Below are positions 1 to 13,111 of a DNA stretch of 64,000 bases, one piece after another. The position numbers and the translations under genes were made by a program. How positions within the stretch are numbered: position 1 is the stretch's first letter; the number at the start of each line of letters is the position of its first letter. The notes beneath the pieces are model-generated. The model had not been told where the DNA came from. It searched no databases and saw only the letters and a program-made list of their open reading frames with translations. The stretch comes from Eledone cirrhosa (lineage: Eukaryota), in contig OZ024749.1 in assembly GCA_964016885.1 (NCBI GenBank), positions 4,588,001 through 4,652,000 on the forward strand. Direction: 5' to 3'.

Positions 1-176
1 CCCAGGAGTTAACCCTGTGCAAGATGGCTGGAAAACATCCATGAGCTTGGCTAGTGACGATTTGGGACCCAGCCGGATCAGTTGAAGATAGTTGCTTCTG
101 ACAGAAAGCACTGGAAGTAGTTTTTGAGGACTTTGACCCCACGATTCTCTCAAGAATAAGTGGGCGAAGAAGAAAA
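1..176 (+). mobile_element. 3' end of an RTE-clade LINE (degenerate)
   Basis: Decayed RWLENIH...VASDRKHWK-like C-terminus followed by ...gaataagtgggcgaagaagaa tail; the same 3' end recurs at ~47970-48057. Confidence 0.55.
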
Positions 177-454
177 CTCTAGGAAGATGGCGGGGGCGTT
201 GACTTCTATGTATCGCCAAAATACTAATTCTATGCTATGGTGTCTGTTGGTTGCTATTACTTGCCAAGGGGCTGCCATGCTTCTCATGTCTTTCTTAGAT
301 ACTCTCTCTCCCTCTCTGTTTACTCTTCCTACAGATTCATCATCTCTCTACCCACTACCTCCTTTCTCTCTCTACTCAAACGATATTATTTCGATTGCCT
401 GTATCTGTAGAACATCGGATAACATGCTACTGACATGGAGTTACATCCCTTTAC

Positions 455-600
455 GTTCTGAGGTCAAAACCCACTGATGTTAACTTCGCCATTCATCTTT
501 ACGGGGTCGATAAAATAAGTATCAGTAATGCAGTGGGGTCGATATAATCGGCTCTCCGTTGCCCTTCAAATTTCTGGTATGTACTTATACTAGATATATA
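455..600 (+). mobile_element. tRNA-type SINE, partial copy
   Basis: Matches the window's abundant SINE core (gttaactt.gcc.ttcatc.ttacggggtcgataaaataa.gta). Confidence 0.7.
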
Positions 601-974
601 TTATTGGTAAAGCTGAAAGAGTGGAAGTGTCGAGATTTTAGGTGTTCAGTTAACACATGAACAAAGCAACACAAAAAGCACGCGGTTTAACACACCTAAA
701 TTCACACCAAAATATACTAAATAAAAATATATGTTACAGCAGACTTATTTATCTTATCAAGTCACGATATATCTCCACCATCTTGTTTCTTCAGATTTTA
801 TATATTTTACGTAAAGTTTCAGTTGTAACATAAGGTTTTGTAACTTTTACAAGTTTCATATTTGTCTTTTCGTTAAAATATTGTCTTGATTAAATGGCAT
901 TTTACCAAATACATCATCAGAGATATGGTGTCTCTTCTGTATAAGTCTGGAGGCATATTGAAATGTATGTGTAT

Positions 975-976
975 AC

Positions 977-1022
<46 letters not shown>

Positions 1023-1154
1023 GTGAAGGTATATATATACACACACTATACATATATATATGAGAGAAAGAGAGAGCGAGAAGTGAGAATAGGTAGATAT
1101 ATATTTACTCATATGTGTATGTATATGTATGTTATAATAGATATCTGTATCAAC

Positions 1155-1189
<35 letters not shown>

Positions 1190-1479
1190 CATGCGTCTCA
1201 GTCTTCGTGAGTGTAACTATGTGTGTATGTATATATATATATGTATACATGTATATATATATGTATACATGTATATATATATATGTATACATGTATGTAT
1301 ATATGTATGTATATATGTATATATATATATATGTATATATATGTATATATATATATATATATATGGATATATGTGTGTATATATATATATATATGCATAT
1401 ATGTATATATATTTGTATATATATATATATGGATATATGTATATATATTTGTATATATATATATATGGATATATGTATA

Positions 1480-1526
<47 letters not shown>

Positions 1527-1566
1527 ATATATGGATATATGTATATATGGATATATGGATATATGG

Positions 1567-1606
<40 letters not shown>

Positions 1607-1617
1607 GGATATATGGA

Positions 1618-1656
<39 letters not shown>

Positions 1657-1715
1657 GGATATATGGATATATATATATATATATATGGATATATGGATAT
1701 ATGTATATATATATA

Positions 1716-1778
<63 letters not shown>

Positions 1779-1849
1779 GTGTGTATATATATATATGTGT
1801 ATATATATATGTATATATATATATGTGTATATATATATATGTGTATATA

Positions 1850-1888
<39 letters not shown>

Positions 1889-1893
1889 ATATA

Positions 1894-1934
<41 letters not shown>

Positions 1935-2055
1935 ATATATATATATATATATGTGTATATATATATATTTTTGTGTATATATATATATTTATATGTGTAT
2001 ATATATATATATTTTTGTGTATATATATATATTTATATGTATATGTATATATATG

Positions 2056-2086
<31 letters not shown>

Positions 2087-2101
2087 GTGTATATATATAT
2101 G

Positions 2102-2132
<31 letters not shown>

Positions 2133-2241
2133 GTGTATATATATATGTATATATATATATGTATATATATATATGTATATATATATATATGTATATATAT
2201 GTATATATATATATATGTATATATATATGTATATATATATG

Positions 2242-2304
<63 letters not shown>

Positions 2305-2937
2305 GTATATATGTGTATGTATATATGTGTATATATATATGTGTATATATATATGTGTATATATATATGTGTATATATATATGTGTATATATATGTGTGT
2401 ATATATATGTGTATATATATATATGTGTATATATATATATATATATGTGTATATATATGTGTATATATATGTGTATATATATATGTGTATATATATATGT
2501 GTATATATATATGTGTATATATATATGTGTGTATATATATGTGTATATATATATGTGTGTATATATATGTGTGTATATATATGTGTATATATATATGTGT
2601 GTATATATATGTGTATATATATATGTGTGTATATATATGTGTATATATATATGTGTATATATATATGTGTATATATATATGTGTATATATGTGTATATAT
2701 GTATATATGTATGTGTGTGTATATATGTGTATATATGTATATATGTATGTGTGTGTATAAATATATATGTATATGTATATATGTATGTGTGTGTATATAT
2801 GTATGTGTGTGTATATATATATATGTATATATGTATGTGTGTGTATATATATATATGTATATATATATATATGTATATATGTATGTGTGTGTATATATAT
2901 ATATGTATATATATATATATGTATATATGTATGTGTG

Positions 2938-2968
<31 letters not shown>

Positions 2969-3075
2969 GTGTATATATATATATGTATATATATATATAT
3001 GTATATATATGTATATATATATATATATACATATAAATATATATATATATATATATATGTATATAGAAATATATA
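975..3075. repeat. Compound (TA)n/(TG)n microsatellite array
   Basis: Direct inspection; explains the Y/I/M/C/V pseudo-ORFs. Confidence 0.98.
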
Positions 3076-3745
3076 TACATTATCAGTATGTGAGTATATG
3101 AATGTATATTATATAGTGAAACTAATCTTAATTTGAGTTGCAAATTTTACTTGGGGGACATATTTAGCATACTGGCCCAGAGGCCTGATGATATGATTTA
3201 GTCTTTGTTTGAAGACCTGAGGCAAAATAAGAACTACTAACCGTGATTGAAATTGTATTTTACTGTAATAAACTATAAAATCAACGAGACTTGAAGTTCT
3301 GTCAATACACAGACACACATATAAACATACACACGCATATATATATTTATATATAACATATAATATATATATGGCGTATAATATATATATAATGTATAAT
3401 ATATATATAACGTATAATATATATAATGTATAATATACAAATGTATTGAGTACCTTAATTACTGTGGTTATCCCCGATTGAACCGGACACACAGACACAC
3501 ACACACACACACACATACACACACACACACACTCTCTCTCTCTCTCTCTCTGTATAAATAGATATAACGCTAAACAATGCGAAATGGACTGTAAGATGAG
3601 GTAAAGAAAAAGTAAGTTACCTGGTAATGTTTTGTTGTTGTAGCTGATTTTTATTGTGTCCTAATATTTCAGGCCCAAAAATTTCCTTCTTCAGAGTTTA
3701 AGGAACTTTTAGGTGTTCCACTTTCTTTTCTTTGGGATTTAATAT

Positions 3746-3838
<93 letters not shown>

Positions 3839-4480
3839 TCTCTCTCTCTCTCTCACACAGACTGAGCGAGAGAGACGGACAGAAATAGTTTGCCCACTTT
3901 CATCAACATTTACCAACATATACTAATATATACCGACAGCAACCGCCATACTTTATCGATTATGACTTGGAAGTATATAATTATCTCGGTTACATCTATA
4001 CCGTATAAAACTTTAGCGTATACTACGGTTCCATAACACACGTTTTATTACGTATCTTAATTATTTATATATCTTAATTATCCCGCAGTCCGAGCTCTAA
4101 TTATATGCAAATTACCACGTTGATTTCGTGATACAACTATAGGTCAATCTATAAAAGCCACATTGTAATGTAATCATTGCCTTTGATTACATTATATACT
4201 AGCCGTGGAGAGCGTTGTGTTCGTAGTATCGGTAGAGCGCCGGTCAACATGCTTGGTTGCGTAGAGCTGCGGCCATTTACTTCATGCGGCCCTTTACCTC
4301 ATGCGGCCCTTTAACTCCTGAGTTCGATTAAATCAACATTCGCTTTCCCCAGAATGTGTTGGCCTTGTGTTGTGCCTAAATAAGAAACCCTTATATAGAT
4401 GTCTGCTAATGAGGACGAGACTAGGTTTGAAAATAGGTTCCATGTAATTAACAACGTCTCTTCAGTTTACAAAGAAATAC

Positions 4481-4535
<55 letters not shown>

Positions 4536-4654
4536 ATATGTTGGAATTCCGACAAACCTAAATGTTTATAACTGATATAAAGCACTCAACAGTTTACTGG
4601 ATTAAATATTCCATGATATTAAATAAATGGAAATTATATTTATGAAACAATATT

Positions 4655-4719
4655 TATTTTATTATAAATATTTCAAGGGCAACCAAGCTAACTTTGCTGC
4701 GCTTTCTTCAGATAAAATA
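4655..4719 (-). ncRNA. Type I hammerhead ribozyme (minimal, PLE type)
   Basis: Minus strand: UAUUUUAU-CUGAAGA-stem II-GAAA-UAUUUA-UA-AUAAAAUA. Confidence 0.65.
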
Positions 4720-4998
4720 CAAAGTTTGTTTCATAAATAAAGACGTACCAATGAAAATCATACCTTATCGACCGGAAATTCACTGGATAGTGGAAACATG
4801 TTATGGATTATTCAAAGTTATGTTAACTTTCCCCAGCGTCATTTAAATAAACAGTTGTTTTTTCAATTATTTACACATTCATTTGCATATTCACATATAA
4901 CTTAGAAAAATCCCCAATATGTTTCCACTATCTAGAGAATTTCCGACAGATAAGGTATGATTTTCATGGGTACGTCTTTATTTATGAAACAAACTATG

Positions 4999-5063
4999 TA
5001 TTTTATCTGATGAAAGCGCACCAAGTTTGGGTTGGTTGCCATTGAAATATATATAATAAAATA
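4999..5063 (+). ncRNA. Type I hammerhead ribozyme with palindromic stem III
   Basis: tattttat CTGATGA aagcgca..tgccatt GAAA tatata TA ataaaata; 8-bp stem I. Confidence 0.75.
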
Positions 5064-5284
5064 AATACGGTTTTACAAATATAGTTTCCTTTCATTTAAT
5101 ATCATGGTATATGTAATATATATATTGGAAAATGCGTGAGATCCTTGGTACAGTTAGGTATATTTGCAAAAAAGCAAAAGAATGACTTCACTTTTAGTGT
5201 TAAAAAATTTGATTTAATTTTATATTATAAAATTAATTCAAATTTTTTAACACTCCAATTGAAGTCATTCTTTTCCTTTTTTTT

Positions 5285-5324
<40 letters not shown>

Positions 5325-5327
<3 letters not shown>

Positions 5328-5516
5328 CGAATGAAATGTGGTAAGGAACCAGGTGGACCATTACGCACCAAAGTAGTCAATACTTAGGGTAGTAGAGTGG
5401 GTAATAGGAGCCAGTAAGACCCCGACGGCTGAGCTCAGGCCGTTTCGACGACTAATTCTGGACTAGAATTAGCCGTCGAAACGGCTGAGAGCTCAGCCGT
5501 CGGGGTCTTACTGGTT

Positions 5517-5556
<40 letters not shown>

Positions 5557-5725
5557 CATAGCTCAAGCCGTTTCGACAGCTATTTATGGACTGAAATAGC
5601 TGTCGAAACGGCTTGAGCCCTGCAGTCGGGGTCTTCAACATTTCCCTATTACTCACTTTACTACACAATGAGTACTCTGGTGCGTTATGGTCCACCTGGT
5701 TCCTTACGACACTCCCTTCGTTATT
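5325..5725. mobile_element. Pair of palindromic half-hammerhead mini-elements separated by (TA)n
   Basis: Hairpins 5405-5520 and 5561-5618 containing GAAAC-stem III-GUC-ggggtctt; the outer tails are mutually inverted. Confidence 0.75.
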
Positions 5726-5804
<79 letters not shown>

Positions 5805-5925
5805 TTGTATATATATTTGTATATGTATATATATTTGTATATATATTTGTATATGTATATATATTTGTATATATATTTGTATATGTATATATATTTGTAT
5901 ATATATTTGTATATGTATATATATT

Positions 5926-5988
<63 letters not shown>

Positions 5989-6103
5989 GATTCCAGTTCC
6001 TCAGAAGAATAACGTAACAACCAGGAGCTGGACATATAGATGTATTGACGAAGTAAAACACACTTCAACAACATGTGTACCTGTCTTTCCCACGCCAATT
6101 CGG

Positions 6104-6158
6104 ACTGCCTGAAGAAGTCACAGCCAATGATGGCTGTCACCGAAATATATATAGCAGT
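6104..6158 (+). ncRNA. Type I hammerhead ribozyme
   Basis: actgc CTGAAGA agtc-acagcca atga tggctgt-cacc GAAA tatata TA gcagt; stem I actgc/gcagt, palindromic stem III. Confidence 0.8.
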
Positions 6159-6398
6159 ATATCTATAATTTATAATAAACGAAGCCAAATTTTACATATT
6201 TGACTGAAAAAAGGGCTGTTTATTGACGCGGTCGTAGTAAGTGAGAATTCGTCAGAGGCGTTGTGATAAATTAGCAGGTGATACAGTGGTCAGAGAATGG
6301 TGGTAAAAGGGGACAGTAAGTAGGTAACATATTTGCTAGAAAAACCAGTTAGAACACATCTGGTTAACTAAACCACAGGGAGATTGTGACAATATAAT

Positions 6399-6682
6399 AA
6401 TTGTTTCTATTTTAGGCACAAGGCCAGCAAATACTCAGTACATTACTGGTACTTTATTTTATCGACCTCGTTTAGGATGAAAGGCAAAGTTAACCTCGGT
6501 GGGATTTGAACTCAGAAGAGCAAGGGCCATAACTCTATGCGTTAAAGCATAGAGTTACGGCCTTTGCCATTCTGAGTTCAAATCCCGCTGAGGTTAACTT
6601 TGCCTTTCATCCTAAACGGGGCCGATAAAATAAAGTAATACACTGGGTATTTGCTGGCGTTGTGCCAAAAGTAGAAACAATT
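6399..6682. mobile_element. Head-to-head SINE palindrome
   Basis: Minus copy 6399-6546 fused to plus copy 6547-6682, apex aactctatgc-gttaaa-gcatagagtt. Confidence 0.85.
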
Positions 6683-6832
6683 AATTTATCAAATTAATTG
6701 TTTCTACTTCAGACACAAGGCCAGCAGTTACCCAGTGCATTACTGGTACTTTATCAAATTAATACGAGGAAATAATAGACAAAAATATACCTATTTTTTC
6801 TTCAAAGACCCGACTGCACTTTCGCTGAAGCA

Positions 6833-6873
<41 letters not shown>

Positions 6874-7103
6874 CACTATATACACAGAGTTATCCACAGT
6901 AAGTTGTGGGGTCTATTCTACATGAAGAACTCGATGTAATCCATATGTTGAAAATGTTGTAGGTTAAGATAAATCCCGGAAAACAATGAAACATTAAAAG
7001 GAAAACAGAGTCATGATATAAGTTAAAACAATGAATTAAAAAATCAATATCTCTGACTTGATTTGTTTAATTTCATTGTTTTAACTTATATATATATATA
7101 TAT

Positions 7104-7359
7104 ATGCCCGAACTGTGAAGAATTATATGTCGGTCAAACTGGAAATGCACTATCGGAACGTGCACAGGTGCACCGTCAGCAAATCAGAGACCCAAATGTC
7201 CGTCAGATACTCCTGAGTAACCATCTAGCAACATGTGGTCAGAAAATGTTTATAATATTTCCATTCTACAAATTACACAGCCCAAGTGAAATCAAGAGAA
7301 ACATTAAAGAAAAGAATGTTATTGATAAATTCCAACCCAAGCTAAATGAACAAGAATAA
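7104..7359 (+). pseudogene. Neptune-type PLE GIY-YIG endonuclease C-terminal fragment
   Basis: CPNCEELYVGQTG...R...H...H..TC...FPFYK...EK..IDKFQPKLN; clearly homologous to ORF 63427-63858. Confidence 0.85.
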
Positions 7360-7541
7360 TTGTTTCTATGTTAGGCACAAGGCCAGCAAATACCGAGTAA
7401 ATTACTGGTACTTTAATTTATCGACCCCGTAAGGATGAAAGGCAAAGTTAACCTCGGCTGGATTTGAACTCAGATCATAAAGGGACGTAACTCTATGCGT
7501 CAAAGCATGGCGTCCGCCCCTCTACCGATACTGCCAATCCA
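7357..7541 (-). mobile_element. Full-length tRNA-type SINE
   Basis: Minus strand gtggattggcagtatcggtagag (A-box-like) ... tctgagttcaaatcc (B-box) ... core ... agaaacaattatt tail. Confidence 0.85.
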
Positions 7542-8182
7542 CAATAATAATTGTTTCTACTTTTGGCACAAGGCCAATCCACAATAATAATGCTTAGAGA
7601 TATTACTTCTACTTTGACTACGCCTACGACCATGTCGACTACCACCACTAACAACAACAACAACAATAATAATAATAATAATAATAAAAGTGATGTTGAT
7701 GGTGATGATTACTGAAGACTTTTTATAAAAACCCTATAAAATGCTATTTTGATCATTTCTAAAAATAGCAAAACAATTGATGCTTTGGATAGGCTCAAAT
7801 AGAAGTCGCTAGACATACTCAACCAACCGTGACGCCTAAACCAATCAGATTTAGTAATCCAGTGAAACTACAAACTTAGCCTCCTGTAGCCCCATTTTAC
7901 TGTATATAAGGCACAAAATTTACCCATCTCATTACAGTTGAAAATTGCAAACTTGACTGTCACCACATAATGTGAACCTGAAGATTGGGAAAGCATGAAA
8001 GTACTTGTTCAATTAACACTTTACATTTAATATTCTACCATACTATTTCATTATAATATCATCATAATTTTAAAGGATTGTAAATAAAACGAGTAAATCA
8101 GACAGAGCTGGAATTCCTTTTATTAATATAATCTTCTATACACAATCATACACACCCGTGTATATTTATATATATATATACA

Positions 8183-8245
<63 letters not shown>

Positions 8246-8471
8246 TTAGAAAGTGAGGTTTTTTTTTACAAAATGAAAAAAATAACCAAGGTTTCCTACA
8301 CGAGTGAAAGTATAAAGAAAAAAAGATGAAATCGAAAATGCAACTGGAGTCTTATTTTTAAAAATATATATATTTATCTATTTGGTTCCTTTACCGGTTT
8401 CACAGTTCTACTGCTTTTCAAAAGTAGAATTGTGATGGAGGGTCTGTGGTTTTTCTCACATCTGATATATA

Positions 8472-8671
8472 NNNNNNNNNNNNNNNNNNNNNNNNNNNNN
8501 NNNNNNNNNNNNNNNNNNNNNNNNNNNNNNNNNNNNNNNNNNNNNNNNNNNNNNNNNNNNNNNNNNNNNNNNNNNNNNNNNNNNNNNNNNNNNNNNNNNN
8601 NNNNNNNNNNNNNNNNNNNNNNNNNNNNNNNNNNNNNNNNNNNNNNNNNNNNNNNNNNNNNNNNNNNNNNN
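8472..8671. other. Assembly gap (200 N)
   Basis: Run of N. Confidence 1.
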
Positions 8672-8687
8672 ATTTATATATATTATA

Positions 8688-8737
<50 letters not shown>

Positions 8738-8747
8738 ATATATATAT

Positions 8748-8781
<34 letters not shown>

Positions 8782-9114
8782 ATATATATTTATTATATAT
8801 ATATATATTATATATATGTATTTATTATATATATATATATATATTTATTATATATATATATATTATATATATGTATTTATTATATATATATTATATATAT
8901 ATTATATATATATATTTATTATATATATATATTATATATATATATATATTTATTATATATATATATTATATATATATATATTATACATATATATTATATA
9001 TATATATATTATATATATATATATATATATTTATTATATATATATATTTATATATATATATAATTATTATATATATATATTATATATATATATATTTATT
9101 ATATATATATATAT

Positions 9115-9148
<34 letters not shown>

Positions 9149-9218
9149 ATATTATATATATATATATTTATTATATATATATATATTATATATATATATA
9201 TATTATATATATATATAT

Positions 9219-9273
<55 letters not shown>

Positions 9274-9635
9274 TTTATATATATATATATATTATATATA
9301 TATTATATATATTATATATATTATATATATTATATATATTACATATATTATATATTATATATTTATATATATTATATATATATATATTATATATATTATA
9401 TAAATATATTATATATATTATATATATTATATAAATGTATTATATATATTATATATATATATATAAATATATTATATATATATATATATATTATATATAT
9501 TATATATATATATATATATTATATATATTATATATATATAATATATATATAATATATATATATTATATATATTATATATATATATATTTTATATATATAT
9601 ATTATATATATAATATATATATTATATATATATAT

Positions 9636-9667
<32 letters not shown>

Positions 9668-9825
9668 TATATATTTTATATATATATATTTTATATATAT
9701 TTTATATATATATATTATATATTTTATATATATATATTATATATATATATATATTATATATATTATATATATTATATATATTATATATATTATATATATT
9801 ATATATATTATATATATATATATTA

Positions 9826-9868
<43 letters not shown>

Positions 9869-10121
9869 ATTATATATATTATATATATATATTATATATA
9901 TTATATATATATATATTATATATATTATATATATATATTATATATATTATATATATTATGTATATTTATTATATATATATATGATATATATATTATATAT
10001 ATATATTATATATTACATATATTATATATATTATGTATATATATTATATATATATATTATATATATTATGTATATATATATTATATATATTATGTATATA
10101 TATTATATATATTATATAAAT

Positions 10122-10153
<32 letters not shown>

Positions 10154-10163
10154 TAGATATATA
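8672..10163. repeat. Degenerate (TA)n/TTATA array
   Basis: Direct inspection. Confidence 0.97.
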
Positions 10164-12680
10164 TGCTGACGCCAATGGCTGCTCCCCTCATTTTGGGTGT
10201 AGATCTTCTCGTTGAATTTGAATATGTGGCCCTTTAGGGTAGTTTTGATACTAGCCCCTATTGCATGTGCGACCCTTTTTCTTACCCGATCATTGTTTTG
10301 GGGAGTCCGTATAGCTTTGATCCACCCAATCCACCTTCCCATGGGAGTCGTTTTTACCATTGAGGTTATGGTGGGGGGGTCTACCTCTTATGGGTCTACT
10401 AGGGTAGAAACGTCTAAGGTCATGGCTGTCTAGGTAGTCAGTGTCGTAGGTAAGTCTAAGTAGGAGGCCCAGTTCATCTGTGTCGACGTCGCAGAACTCC
10501 ACCTCACTCTCAATGATCAACTCCACACATTTTTCCACAGCAAAATCAATGTTAATGGATGGGTACAGTGATACCACATCCATGCTGCCTATTATGCATT
10601 TGGATAGGGCTCCTGTTTTTGTTGCACTCACTGATTCTGCTGAGGAGGTCCTCTGTACTGTCACATACATCTGGGGACATCTTGACTATTGGGAGTATAA
10701 CCATTGAAAGGAAATAAGGAGATTCTGTAGTTGTTAGCTATATTAGCTCCGCATACGCGTCTTGTTGGTGGTCCTGTTGTCGTGTCGTCGACTGTCTTGT
10801 GGTCTTTGCGGGGCCCATATAAGGGTGGTATGCCATTGTTAGACGCCTGGAAGTTGTTCGCAGTGCGTCTGCTCTGGTTTAAGATGTCAGTCCACATCAT
10901 CAGTTGAGCGTTGAGGATTTTCTCTCTCCCATCATGTGTTTGCTGTGCAATTTCGCTCGTGTTGGTGATGTGGGGTTGCATAGCCTTGATATAGTTCGGC
11001 ATGCTATCTATTGACATCCTACCAGATTTATCCGTGGGTAGACGTACTACCTCACTATCCCTTGTGCGCTGCTTGAGGCTAACCAAGCCTTCTACAGGTT
11101 TCCTCCCAAGTTGTTGGGCCTCTGGTCTGCTCTGTCTTTTAGTATGCCGGTCTAGTATTTGTTTAATCTTATTTCTAGCTATGGTGAACTGTGCCTCTGC
11201 CTCGTCATCTATTTGTTGTGGTATGCAAACTCTTTTATTAAAGGGTAACCTCGTAGGATAGATATTACCCATCTTATATGTTTTGTCAGCTGGGTTGAAA
11301 AATAGTTTCTCTAAGGGTTGTCATTATATCTATCGTAATAGTTGTGTGTGTTGCTATTATTGTTATCATGGTGGTTGTTGTTGTTCCTCTCATTAGCATT
11401 ATTATTATTGTTATGATTGCTAGATGTATTTTTGTTTACTTCACCGTTATTGTTGTTGTTACTGTTATTTCTACCATTGTGGTTGTTACTTTTATTATGT
11501 TTCTTGTTTTTGTTGTGTCTATCATTAATGTTGCTACATGTATTATTTCCATTATTACCACTGTGGTTATTGTTGTTGTTGTTCGTATTGTTACTGTTAG
11601 TACTACTGTGGTCGCTGCTGTTGTGTCTGTGGTTAATGTTTCTATTATTATTATTATTATTGTGGTTGTTGTTGTTGCTCTGTCCATCGTTAGTATGATT
11701 ACCATTATTACTATTTCTCACTCTCCTGCTATTGTTATTGTTATGGCTGTTATTTCTATACTCAGAGTTATTGTTTATATTACTACTACCGTTATTATTG
11801 TTGTTGTTTACTTTTGCATTCCAACGTATTTTTGTGAAACACTTTTCCAGCTCCGTTTTGCACTCAATAGGGTTATCTTTTTGTAGATGGCAAATTTTGG
11901 TGGTAGCTGCAGGATTTGTTGTTCTTGTTCACTGATTAAAGTGTTCCCATAAATATTTACTGTGTGGTCATTGGTAAATTTTTCCGGTAATTTTACATCA
12001 GTCATACGGATATTGTTGATGTTATCTGGGTATTTTTGAGAATATTCTAATTTCCTTTCTTGTAGTTTTTTCTTATTGAAATGACTATTGCATTCGTTTC
12101 GGGCGTATTTAATTTCACGTCGGATGACGCTCATGAAGTTATCCATTTCGTTTAGTGTGGTGAGATTTTGGATTTCCTTACCCTTAATGCGTTTCTGTCT
12201 GTAAAGTTCGTTGACTTTTGTGTATGCTGTTCTTTTCATATTAATTGTTATTGTGTGTTTTAGTCGTTCAGCTTGTGTTTTGTTCAATATTAAATTATTT
12301 ACTTGTTTTGATATGTTTGTTGTGTATATTTTGGAGGAAACACAGTGTTTTAAGTAGCGGATTTGTTCTGTTGTTATTGTAGTTTTTATATAACAGAAAA
12401 CAGTGTCTTTCAATAACCTTTCAGCTTGGCACAAGCTAATGCCATAACGGCGATGAATTAGTTTTGCGAGGTTTTTTATATGAAATCGTGTGTCGAACAA
12501 ATATTGTTATACTTGGGGAGGGTCGTATTTGAGTAATATTGCCAGAATTAATAACAGAACACACTCACTGTTTGGTTGGTTTTCGCTTTTCGCTTCTGTG
12601 TCTTTTATATCGGTAATCTAATTTATTCGGTCCTCAATGTTGCCATTGACTGACCGGCGGTCAAAATTAATAATCTGGTG

Positions 12681-12685
<5 letters not shown>
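10164..12685 (-). mobile_element. Penelope-like retroelement, frameshifted, RT truncated after motif B
   Basis: ORF pieces: SEQEQQILQLPPKF; PTDKSG; PPLYGPRKDHK..GPPTRRVCGA; IIGSMDVVSLYPSI (RT motif A); HIFKFNEKIYTQNEG (motif B); flanked by (TA)n. Confidence 0.85.
11311..11810. repeat. (AAC/AAT)n trinucleotide tract inside the PLE ORF
   Basis: Asn-rich low complexity on the minus strand between two PLE ORF segments. Confidence 0.85.
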
Positions 12686-12742
<57 letters not shown>

Positions 12743-13111
12743 ATATATATATATATATATATGTATATAATATACTAGGAAATGAGACACGTGTATCTGG
12801 TCAATTGTTTCAGTTAATATGAATGATGCTCGTGTGTGTGTGGGGGGTAGGAATGAAGAAATAATATAATGCACTTTAGATCTTCGTTAGATGATATAAT
12901 TCATACTCTATAATAGATTTAACATGTCTAGACAAGATTAATGCTAAAAGGTGGCGCTGCGTGTAATAAATACACCCACGACGACAGGAGAAGCATAAAT
13001 ATAAGCAATTTCTGAAAGTAAAAGTCTATTTGTAAATCCATAGAGAATATAATCGCAGACAGATTAAAGTTAATCAGCTTTTTTATACCACATTCTCTTC
13101 ATAGATAAATG

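Larger units (their letters stand above)
4535..5115 (-). mobile_element. Non-coding PLE-derived fold-back element (inverted pLTR arms plus one-sided tail)
   Basis: ~220 bp imperfect inverted arms (~4605-4822 / ~4893-5115), each with an HHR motif; extra tail 4535-4600; abuts (TA)n on the left. Confidence 0.8.

Noticed and set aside
160-477. 105-aa hydrophobic ORF
   Set aside because: Bridges a LINE tail and a SINE, has a GTG start and shows no recognisable domain.
963-3143. Long ORFs of 300-700 aa (also at 8.4-10 kb, 20-24.7 kb, 31-33 kb, 37-40 kb, 49 kb, 52.5 kb)
   Set aside because: Pure translations of di/trinucleotide microsatellites lacking stop codons.
3180-3275. CTGATGA with long hairpin and GAAA
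   Set aside because: Stem I does not pair and the core is degraded; at best a dead HHR.
7440-7541. tRNA gene (A/B boxes)
   Set aside because: These are SINE heads without a complete cloverleaf.
8385-8425. Minus-strand GAAAC-CG-GUA with stem II
   Set aside because: Core reads UUGAAAA rather than CUGANGA; too degenerate to call.
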